Shown: one piece after another, positions 1-10,076 of the stretch | How the letters are laid out: every line of letters starts with the position of its first letter | How positions within the stretch are numbered: the stretch's first letter is position 1 | NCBI GenBank assembly: GCA_030141605.1 | Contig: JAQGDQ010002125.1 | Coordinates: 1-14,110 of the forward strand | DNA length: 14,110 bases | Reading direction: 5' to 3' | From: Tubiluchus corallicola | Taxonomy: Eukaryota > Animalia > Priapulida | Made by a program: the position numbers and the translations under genes | The notes under the pieces: generated by a model | Database searches by the model: none | The model's input: only the letters and a program-made list of their open reading frames with translations | What the model was told of the DNA's origin: nothing

Positions 1-8
1 ATATGGAG

Positions 9-207
<199 letters not shown>

Positions 208-223
208 TTATATATACACATAA

Positions 224-491
224 TTAGTTAATTATAAATTATTACAACGTTATAGTGTAAATCTCCTAAATTATGTATAAGATTAGCTGTGCAATTAAAT
301 AGCAAATTAGATAAAAATAGCTCCTATTCTGTTCTCTCACTCTTTTTCTCTTTCTTTCCCCCTCTCTCGCTTGTTCTCTCTCTCTCCACCTCTCTTGTTC
401 TCTCTCTCTCTTTTCTCTCTCACTCCCTCTGGTTCCTTCTCTCTATCTTTTGCTCTGTCTCTGTCTCTCTTTCTATCTTTTTCTATCTATC
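224..491 (+). repeat. Dispersed direct repeat, copy 1 (AT-rich ~105 bp head plus CT-rich tract); partner at ~1306-1579
   Basis: ttataaattattacaac...gtgtaaatctcctaaattatgtataa...tgcaattaaatagcaaattagataaaaa recurs at an offset of ~1082 bp; similarity continues through cactccctct...atcttttgctctgtctctgtctct...ttttctatctatc. Confidence 0.92.
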
Positions 492-525
492 TATCCATAT
501 ATATAGAGTATATATGTTATACACT

Positions 526-621
526 ATCTCGAAAATAGGAGACAATATATATATATATTATATATAGCACACACACACACACATATATATATATATTAAT
601 ATTCTCTCCTATTTTCGAGAT
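526..621. repeat. Short inverted repeat enclosing a TA/CA microsatellite
   Basis: atctcgaaaataggaga (526-542) is the exact reverse complement of tctcctattttcgagat (605-621); pairing extends inward with one mismatch; interior is (TA)n(CA)n(TA)n. Confidence 0.85.
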
Positions 622-886
622 TTTTCATGGACTCAGATCAGAGATCAGGTCATCCATCCAGTGTCATTCTCTACAAATTGTTGCGGAACTACATGAAGTC
701 CACTAAACGTTTTGCTAATTGATTGTACGTACAAATTGTATTCTCAGTGATTTTGTAGACTGTCTTTTCAATCAAGTACTTCACTAATAAACAACTGATG
801 CTGGGATCAGCTATGTTTACTGCCGTATTAACTGTAAATGCTACGCTAATTCTTACTAATACCACGTGTATCGGATTTCTGACTTA

Positions 887-924
887 AGTAGCAACATTGT
901 GCAACAGTAGCAACATTGTACAAC
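887..924 (+). repeat. 19-bp tandem duplication
   Basis: agtagcaacattgtgcaac / agtagcaacattgtacaac, one mismatch. Confidence 0.85.
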
Positions 925-1305
925 ATTTGTATGGACTTATAAGCTTACGTACGTTGAGGCTCATTTCTGCGGTAGTATCTCTTCTATATGGTTTGTATAT
1001 TTCAATTAAGTATTAACCAATGAACTAGTCGTATTTTTTAATTAAATATTTTGAATTGTTACATTTTGTGCTGGAAATGTGACTCATTTTCCTCCTCTTG
1101 TCGTCTGCTTTGGCCGCCATGTGGCGATTTCAGGCCTAATCACATGGTCAGTCAGGTTCAGTGGTCAACCGAATTTTGCTAACTGTAGACGCGTTATAAA
1201 GAGTTAATAAGATATTGTCGTTGTGTGTCTAGAATTGTTCATGATTTGGGTCTAATAAAGTAAAGTTGATTCTTTAATTAGTTTAAAAATTAGTTAGTTA
1301 AATCG

Positions 1306-1413
1306 TTAATTAGTTATAAATTACTACAACACCATGGTGTAAATCTACTAAATTATGTATAAAATTAGTTATGCAATTAAATAGCAAATTAGATAAAAAA
1401 TATCTCCTACTCT

Positions 1414-1489
<76 letters not shown>

Positions 1490-1579
1490 TCTCTCTCTTT
1501 CTTTCTCTCACTCCCTCTCCTTCCTTCTCTATATCTTTTGCTCTGTCTCTGTCTCTATTTCTATATTTTTCTATCTATC
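1306..1579 (+). repeat. Dispersed direct repeat, copy 2
   Basis: Matches 224-491; both copies give ORFs beginning MQLNSKLDK that run into CT-repeat translation. Confidence 0.92.
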
Positions 1580-1645
1580 ATCTTTCTCTCCCCTCTCTAT
1601 CGCACTGTCTCTCTCACTCCATCTCTTTCCTTCTATTTATCTTTT

Positions 1646-1683
<38 letters not shown>

Positions 1684-1878
1684 GATCTCTCTCCTTTCTC
1701 TCCCTTCTCTATGTCTTTTTCACTCCCTCTCCTTTCTTCTCTCTATCTTTTGCTCTGTCTCGCTCTCTCTTTCTCCCCTTTCTCTCTCACCTTCAATCTC
1801 CCCCCGTTTCTTACTCTTTCTGTACGTATTAAGCCGTATTCTTTTCTCTACCTCCCTTTATTTATTGCCTTCTCCCTT
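1410..1878. repeat. (CT)n microsatellite and polypyrimidine tract with a cryptic 106-bp period
   Basis: Pure (CT)n at ~1419-1484 and ~1647-1680; anchors cactcc at 1509/1615/1721 and atcttttgctct at 1533/1639/1745. Confidence 0.9.
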
Positions 1879-2552
1879 AAACGTAAAGTCACATCACTAA
1901 AATCAAAGTTCTTAATTATTATGATCTTCTTTTAATAGACTTTAATTGAGTCTAATCCTCACATTTCATAAATCTCGCAGCTGTTTTAGACTTACAAATC
2001 GACAAAAACAAAATCTGTACAAAACAAAACATTAATTTTGACGGGAAGGAAGACAGGATGATTTTTCACTATCCCGTTTTCAAGTCCAATAAAAATTACA
2101 CAGTTTAACACAATTAGTACTGCAAAAACATTTCTGATAGCTAAATAATAAATTAAAATTTTAATTAACGGCGAGCGGGCGCAACTATTGATGACGTCAC
2201 AAACTAACATAATTTTCAACATCAAAAACATTGAGCGTGTTACACCATGTATGCGCAAACCAAAATTGAAGTACAGTGCTACTTTAAGATATTCAGCGCG
2301 TTGTACTAAAACTAGGCAAATTTTAAGATGAAAATTTAAATTTCAAATTTACCGCTGTGCTCACGCAGACTAAGAACTCAGACCTGCTGTTATGCCTACG
2401 AATCAATGGAAACTTTTTACATAAAATGAAAATTTAAACGGTGAAAATAAGCATAGATCTTTTTCGTTTCGCTTCAGGCCCAGTGGTCCGGGTCCCGGGG
2501 TTACAGACCCTCTCTTGACGGGGTCTGTCATACATTCACACACACATCTATA

Positions 2553-3551
2553 TGTTGTGGTCAGTGTGAAGATTTAGCCACCGTCGTTTCCATTTGTTGT
2601 GGTCAGTGTGAAGATTTGGCCACCGTCGTTTCCATTTGTTGTGGTCAGTGTGAAGATTTGGCCACCGTCGTTTCCATTTGTTGTGGTCAGTGTGAAGATT
2701 TGGCCACCGTCGTTTCCATTTGTTGTGGTCAGTGTGAAAATTTGGCCACCGTTGTTTCCATTTGTTGTGGTCAGTGTGAAAATTTGGCCACCATCGTTTC
2801 CATTTGTTGTGGTCAGTGTGAAAATTTGGCCACCGTCGTTTCCATTTGTTGTGGTCAGTGTGAAAATTTGGCCACCGTCGTTTCCATTTGTTGTGGTCAG
2901 TGTGAAAATTTGGCCACCGTTGTTTCCATTTGTTGTGGTCAGTGTGAAGATTTGGCCATCGTCGTTTCCATTTGTTGTGGTCAGTGTGAAGATTTGGCCA
3001 CCGTCGTTTCCATTTGTTGTGGTCAGTGTGAAGATTTGGCCACCGTCGTTTCCATTTGTTGTGGTCAGTGTGAAAATTTGGCCACCGTCGTTTCCATTTG
3101 TTGTGGTCAGTGTGAAAATTTGGCCACCGTCGTTTCCATTTGTTGTGGTCAGTGTGAAGATTTGGCCATCGTCGTTTCCATTTGTTGTGGTCAGTGTGAA
3201 GATTTGGCCACCGTCGTTTCCATTTGTTGTGGTCAGTGTAAAAATTTGGCCACCGTCGTTTCCATTTGTTGTGGTCAGTGTGAAAATTTGGCCACCGTCG
3301 TTTCCATTTGTTGTGGTCAGTGTGAAGATTTGGCCACCGTCGTTTCCATTTGTTGTGGTCAGTGTGAAAATTTGCCCACCGTCGTTTCCATTTGTTGTGG
3401 TCAGTGTGAAAATTTGGCCACCGTCGTTTCCATTTGTTGTGGTCAGTGTGAAAATTTGGCCACCGTTGTTTCCATTTGCAATTGGCCACCGTCGTTTCCA
3501 TTTGTTGTGGTCAGTGTGAAAATTTGGCCACCGCCGTTTCACACTGACCAC
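2553..3551. repeat. 42-bp minisatellite, ~24 units, ending in a 15-bp inverted repeat
   Basis: Unit tgttgtggtcagtgtgaa(a/g)atttggccaccgtcgtttccatt: 22 full units 2553-3476, a deleted unit 3477-3502, a near-full unit 3503-3540; gtggtcagtgtgaaa (3507-3521) pairs with tttcacactgaccac (3537-3551). No unique spacers. Confidence 0.97.
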
Positions 3552-3923
3552 GCCGAGGATTTATTTTGGTCATGCGCTGTGATTGACGCCTGGCAACCCT
3601 GGTTTTGTGTGACATTTGTTGTGTATTTTATTACGTTTTCATTATCACCTAATAAACGTCCAACAGAACACGTAATTAACATGATGTGTAACACTGATAA
3701 TCATTAACTCAAATTGTCCATGTCACAATGTGACAGATAGTCATTTCACACTCCTAAATTACCAGCAGTAGAGCTTCCAATAGCCACACGTTACCTTGCA
3801 ACCAGCTTACTAATTACAGAGAGTACGTTTCATTCATTAGTATCTCCCGGCTCCTAGGTACTTTGCATTGTGCATGTTCATTTGTGTAATGCGTGAATTG
3901 TATGTGCATTATATTCAGTGAGA

Positions 3924-4095
3924 CAGCCTGTAGTTGGGTGCTAATCAGGGGCGTAGCCAGATCAGGGGCGTAGCCAGGTTCCAAAGTTACAGCTTGTTGT
4001 AGATGGACGCTGCAGGAGGGGCGTAGCCAGGTTCCGAAATTAAAGCTTGTAGTTGGGTGCTAATCAGGGGCGTAGGCAGGTTCGAAAGTTACAGC
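3924..4095 (+). repeat. Imperfect tandem array containing four copies of (C)AGGGGCGTAGCCAG, a hAT-type terminal motif
   Basis: Motif at 3946, 3963, 4017 and 4065 (last with one mismatch) within a ~49-55 bp unit (...tgtagttgggtgctaatcaggggcgtagccaggttccaaagttacagc). CAGGGGCG/CAGTGGCG starts are typical of non-autonomous hAT TIRs; I found no matching inverted end in the window. Confidence 0.7.
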
Positions 4096-4344
4096 AACAC
4101 CGAACCCAATGTTAAAAGATCAAAACAGTCTACTCTTTTAAATATTGAAAGGAAACATGCTATTTACATGCATTTCACCATTCGCTAGTTAAACGGGCAC
4201 TAGCGTCTGCATTTCGGAAACGCATTGCACAAAAACAGGTGTAGTACCTCTCAGTTCAGATGTGTTATTTGACAAACTACAACACGTCCAACAGCTTATG
4301 CGCGAGCGCAGTGGTAAATTTTTAATTTGAATTTTTATCTTAAA

Positions 4345-4497
<153 letters not shown>

Positions 4498-4646
4498 GTA
4501 ACATGAGGTGCTAAGTGCAAACAGAATGTTTAATTTATTAACAGTGCATCAAATTACACATCTAATTAATTAAGACATCTAGGCCAGTCCTGCTTAAATT
4601 AACGATTAATTTTCATAACAAACTTCTCTTTGTACAATGATGATGT

Positions 4647-4685
4647 ACCACAACCACAACCACAACCACAACCACAACCACAACC

Positions 4686-4724
<39 letters not shown>

Positions 4725-4726
4725 GC

Positions 4727-4782
<56 letters not shown>

Positions 4783-4853
4783 CGACCACGACCACGACAA
4801 CGACCACGACCACGACAACGACAACGACAACAACAACAACAACAACAACAACG
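4647..4853. repeat. Compound (ACCACA)n(ACA)n(ACGACC)n(ACA)n microsatellite
   Basis: Directly visible; explains the polyQ, polyN, polyV and polyL ORFs. Confidence 0.97.
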
Positions 4854-4968
4854 ATGTTATTGTCACAACTTGTCATCTGATAAAGCAGGTAGGAAAAATA
4901 AACAACGTAACGTGTTTGTGCCTGCATTCCGCCAGGTGTCAATCCAAGGTTTGCGGAACTGACTTTAA

Positions 4969-5994
4969 ATCACAAGAAAACCCCCCACTTACAATTTACC
5001 CTCGTTCTTCAAATTTTATACAACGCATACTACATTTTTGCATGCAGGGCTTGCGTCTGCAGTGACGCTCTGTAAAACATGCAAATCTAAACTCCCGCGA
5101 TGACCGTTAGACGCAGCGCACACGTCACTAACTAAATAAAGATTAAAATTACTTTAACTTGTCAATAAGATTAAAATACGTTTTTGGTTAATGAGTGGCG
5201 CACCCTGGAGGGTGAGTCAGTGACATTTTACCAATTGATGAAAACATTTTAAATAATTAATACTTTTCTTTTCTTGTTACATAAGTCTTTCAACCAGGTA
5301 AGCGAAATGCTGAGTAATATAGATTTGCATAGAAAGACTTTTTTGGACACAATCTAACATTTCCTTTTCTTTACGTTGTGCGTATATGACGTCATGTAAT
5401 GGCGCGGTCGGTACAGTATTGGCGGAAATTTAAAAGGAAAACTTCCTTTCAGCGCGGAGACGATATGCGTGTAAAATTGTTGTAAAGTAAAAGTTTTTAA
5501 AGCGATTTTTCTGAATTCCACTTCAGGTACCCCTTTTCTTTTCATTTAAAAAGGGAAGAAAAGAAATGTTAAACTATGTCCCGAAAAAACTTCCAGGAAA
5601 AGTTATATTACTTATCCTTACCTGTTTGAAAGATCAATGTAACTAGAAAAGAAAATTCCTAGTAACGTAAAATATTCGGGACAACTGGTGAAACGTCACT
5701 GACTCATCTTCCCAGTGTGCACCACTGTTTCACTAACATACTCACTTTTAAACTTATTGACTAACTAAATTTAACTAATTTAAACTAATTAATTTTTATT
5801 AATTTTTGAAACTTTACGCAATGAAACTTGAACTTGTTCGACTTGCTATTAAAATGCCCGGGCTTAACGGTCATCGCGGGAGTTTAAATTTACAAGTTTT
5901 ATACAGTGTTACTGTTAACCCAAGCCCTGTACGCAATGAGACAGCACGTAGGTGATACAAAATTTCAATTCAAATATTAAAATATTGAAGTACT
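4969..5994. mobile_element. Fold-back structure: long imperfect inverted repeat of a non-autonomous DNA transposon family (Kolobok-like), either one palindromic MITE or two copies tail-to-tail
   Basis: Arm ~5008-5372 aligns with the reverse complement of ~5557-5968 (aaactcccgcgatgaccgtta / taacggtcatcgcgggagttt; tgagtcagtgac / gtcactgactca; tctttcaaccaggtaag / cttacctgtttgaaaga). The left end follows TTAA at 4965-4968. No transposase ORF. Confidence 0.75.
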
Positions 5995-6061
5995 AAAAAT
6001 TTGCATATATAAAAGTAGAAAAGTATATTATACATATATCGTTCTCGCCTTAAGAGTAATT

Positions 6062-6216
6062 TTTGTTTGTTTGTTTATTTGTTTGCTTGTTTGTTTGTTT
6101 GTTTATTTGTTTGTTTGTTTTTTTGTTTGTTTGTTTGTTTGCTTGTTTGTTTGTTTGTTTGTTAGTTTGTTAGTTTCCTTGTTTGTTTATTTGTTTCTTT
6201 GTTTGTTTATTTGTTT
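6062..6216. repeat. (TTTG)n microsatellite, imperfect
   Basis: Directly visible. Confidence 0.97.
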
Positions 6217-6429
6217 CATTTTAAAATTGAATTATTCGCAGTGAAAATGTGATAATCCATCCTGTCACCCCCAGACTCCGCCTCCCACGCCTTTGGTTAT
6301 AAAATACTTTTTTAGATCTAGTCATAAAACAAAATTAAGTTGCATAAAATAATTTAACGGAAGCTGATGAACCGGAGGTTGGGATAATGGTGTAATAACA
6401 TCCATGGATTCGGTTTCCGGTTATTTTTT

Positions 6430-6511
6430 GCACACACACGCACACACACACACGCGCGCGCGCGCACACACACGCACACACGCACGCACGCACGCACACA
6501 CATACACACAT
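6430..6511. repeat. Alternating purine-pyrimidine tract (CA)n(CG)n(CACG)n
   Basis: gcacacacacgcacac...cgcgcgcgcgcgcacac...gcacgcacgcacgcac. Confidence 0.95.
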
Positions 6512-6954
6512 CTCAACACAAAAACCCGTAACACAAACTGTCATCGATACCAAATCCCTTTTATACGATAATTCCTTTCTTCCTTAATAATTAACAATTG
6601 TTTTATAATCAAGCTTCGATAGAAAACCGTGTGGCTTCGTAAAGTACGGGTTTTTCTCTGAATGAAGCCAGGTTTACGTTGATTCGAACTGACTTTGCGC
6701 GCAGCGATGCATCAAATTTAAACCGGATTCTGCGTTTTACACATTATTAACCCGTGACTCACAATTTCTGATGAATTCTTTGCAACACGCGTTTGCCACG
6801 TTGCCGAAGTTTTCAGAAAACAGACAAATATAACCGATAAATTTGACAGTAATTGAAGTCATACCACTGAAAGGATTGATCATTATTACGGGTTGGATAA
6901 ACATAATAAAGTTCGTTAGCTATGCCACGGCTAGCTGTACACAGTTTGTGAAAT

Positions 6955-7580
6955 ATTGACGATAATATTAATAATGATGATAGGAAAGAGAAAGAACAAG
7001 AAAAAAGATGAAGAAGACGAGGAAGAACAAGAAGAAGACGAAGAAGAAGAAAAAGAAGGAAAAGAATGAGAAGAAAAAGACGACGACGACGACGAAGAAG
7101 AAGAAACAGACAACGATGAAGAAGAATAAAAAAGAAAAAAGAAAAGGACGAAGAAAAAGACGAAGTAGAAGAAAAAGAATAAGTAGAACAAGGCGACAAA
7201 GAAGAAGAAGAAGGAGAAGAAAGAAAAGATTAGAAGAAAAAGACGACGACAATAAAGAAGAAGAAGAACAAGGAGAATAAGGAAAGATAAAAAAGAAAAA
7301 GACGCAGAAAAACAAATAGAAGAAGAAGTAGAAGAAGTTGAAGAAGAAGTAAAAAGTAGTGGTGATAATGACAGTTATAATGAATATAACGATAATTATG
7401 GCAATAATATCTACAATCATAACAATATTATCGTAGCAATAACAGTGCTAACCACCGCCACTTCTGACAACTACGAAAACAATAGGCAACAACAGACACA
7501 ACTACAGTAACAAAACAACAACAACAACAATAACAACAAACAACAACAATAACAACAAACAATAACAATGATAATAACCA
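6955..7580. repeat. Degenerate trinucleotide low-complexity block: (GAA/GAC)n grading into (AAT/AAC)n
   Basis: Purine-rich GAA-type ~6980-7350, then ATA/ACA-type to ~7580; stop codons interrupt the E/D-rich frame. Confidence 0.9.
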
Positions 7581-7708
7581 AACGGTTTCAAATTTGCCTG
7601 ACTTTAACAATTATCTCAAAAATTGTTAATCCTTTCGTCATGTTCTTCTCCCATCACGTGAAAACCTGGCCAACAGACTTTAGAGTTTAGGGAAATGCAT
7701 CTAGGAAC

Positions 7709-7789
7709 TTAAAGCAAAGACCAAGCCTTCTGGGATTTAAAGGAAAGGTCAAGCCTTCTGGGATTTAAAGGAAAGGTCAAGCCTTCTGG
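7709..7789 (+). repeat. 28-bp unit repeated three times, each beginning TTAA (triplicated transposon left end)
   Basis: ttaaagcaaagaccaagccttctgggat (7709), ttaaaggaaaggtcaagccttctgggat (7737), ttaaaggaaaggtcaagccttctgg (7765). Confidence 0.92.
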
Positions 7790-9200
7790 AAAGTTGGCCT
7801 TAATTCAATTATCGCGAGAAACGTTAGAAAGATTTAGCAATAAAAGTGTGATAAGCGTCTCGCGTAATTAGTAAAATCACTTTAAAGTCGTAATCATTTC
7901 ACGCTTGAGTGCTCTCATTTTGAACGTCTATTCTTCCACCAATGACGTCATTCATCGATTGGGCAAATAAGAGTGCTGTTCAATTTCTGTCAATCGTATA
8001 AGTATTTACAAATAATAGCTAATTTTGTGATAGTTTTGCATGGACATTACAGTAAGCTGCAGACGTTTAAATTAGTCTAAGCAGCACGAGTTTACGGAAA
8101 GCCACGATGCAGTTACGAAAAGTCACGAAGTCCACCAGTGACGTCACTGCACCTGAAACTTTATGCTTTTAAAACGTTTTTTTGCAAATTTCTCTAAGTT
8201 TAATTGAAAACAGTAAAAAACCCAACATACTATAATTGTAAAATTGTTTATTGTAGTTAAAAAGATATAAAAAATTACGTTTTCAAAATTTACGGTAGTG
8301 CAGTGTAACATTCTTAATGCAGGCTATGCATTTTATTATTTCTGTTGTTAAAATTACAGACTATTGCACCCAGGTTTTCTGTATGTTAGCTGCATACATT
8401 GTGATTCTGTTTTTGTGAATGTAAATTACTATTACATGTAATATGTAATATGTGAATGTAGTTGTACATTTCTATTACGTGTAATATGTAATATGTCATA
8501 TGTGAATGTACTTGTACATTTCTATTACATGTAATATGTAATATGTGAATGTACACGTACATTTCTATTACATGTAATAAGTAATATGTAATATTTGAAT
8601 GTACATGTACATTTCTATTACATGTAATAGGTAATATGTAATATGTGAATGTACACGTACATTTCTATTACATGTAGTAAGTAATATGTGAATGTACACG
8701 TACATGTTTATTACATGTAATATATAATATGTGAATGTACATGTACATTTTTATTACATGTAATAGGTAATATGTAATATGCGGGCATTTCAGCTTTCCC
8801 GCCATTTTTCCGTTTCAAACTGAGAGCTTTTGCAATTTTAATCGTTCATTATTGGTTCGTGAGTTTCAATAATTTACTTGTTGCTACCGGGAATACGGAG
8901 TCCAAGTCTTTACGTGCACTTTACGTAGCTTATAAAAATTTGATGATCAGGCATAGGCATGGCGTCAGCTTCATCATTAAAATTCGACTTTGATTAATTT
9001 ATGATTAAACTCAAACAAGTCTATTGCTGCTTTACTTAGCAAAGGCTATTAAAGTTTATTCCTGGTACCAAGTATTTTGGTAAATACCTTATGCTGATGT
9101 GGTTGCAATTTTGTGGTTGTATTTCTGGTGGATTTTAAGTTCATTCCCCAATCAGTTTTTTGGGCAAATTGTAAAGTTGCAAAATAATTTGACTTTTCCT
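7769..9200. mobile_element. Non-autonomous Kolobok-like DNA transposon, probably with an internal insertion
   Basis: TTAA(7765-7768)-AGGAAAGGTCAA ... TTGACTTTTCCT(9189-9200)-TTAA(9201-9204): 11/12 inverted match, AG..CT termini and TTAA on both sides, the Kolobok terminal signature. No ORF. Confidence 0.65.
8414..8779. repeat. AT-rich minisatellite, 8 units (first 37 bp, rest 43 or 50 bp), built from palindromes
   Basis: Unit tgtgaatgtacatgtacatttctattacatgtaata(tgtaata)1-2; starts at 8414, 8451, 8501, 8544, 8594, 8644, 8687, 8730. Confidence 0.95.
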
Positions 9201-9402
9201 TTAAATCAAAGGAATTTTTTACAAAACGAAGCTACTGATTAATTATACCTGTCAGCATGAACGATTCCAATCTAAAGTGGATCAAAACTCATAAAGGTAA
9301 GAAAGGTATTAAGCAAGCATGCCCAAATATGGTCATCCAGTAATTGCAGAATGAACCTAGTTATTGTACAATCAGTCAACCATGTCAAAATCACGGTGAA
9401 TT
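9187..9402 (+). repeat. Direct repeat, copy 1 (~200 bp), left flank of the LINE-like fragment
   Basis: 9187-9385 matches 10077-10275 (offset 890) with 4 substitutions; continues to gaatt after a 12-bp indel. Confidence 0.96.
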
Positions 9403-9406
9403 GTTC

Positions 9407-10025
<619 letters not shown>

Positions 10026-10076
10026 ATACTTTTCTAAGTTTAATTGATAACAATAATACACATAACATTCAAAATC

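Noticed and set aside
289-1935. Leu/Ser/Phe-rich ORFs as membrane proteins
   Set aside because: Translations of (CT)n-rich sequence; the shared MQLNSKLDK start reflects the DNA duplication.
1877-2287. Additional Kolobok-like element ending ...gtgctact-TTAA
   Set aside because: The putative left end matches too poorly to call a TIR pair; TTAA is very common at this AT content.
2553-3551. CRISPR array
   Set aside because: Units abut with no unique spacers, there are no cas genes, and the context is eukaryotic.
2548-3707. Four overlapping 306-363 aa ORFs (e.g. GGQIFTLTTTNGND and CCGQCENLATVVSI repeats) as adhesin-like or Cys-rich proteins
   Set aside because: All are confined almost entirely to a 42-bp unit that happens to be stop-free in several frames on both strands; no unique domain, signal peptide or preferred frame.
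4606-5065. PolyQ, polyN, polyV and polyL ORFs
   Set aside because: Several frames of one (CAA)n microsatellite; no flanking coding signal.
6813-7610. Lys/Arg-rich, Phe-rich and Ser-rich ORFs
   Set aside because: Degenerate GAA/AAC low-complexity DNA with scattered stops; no consistent frame.
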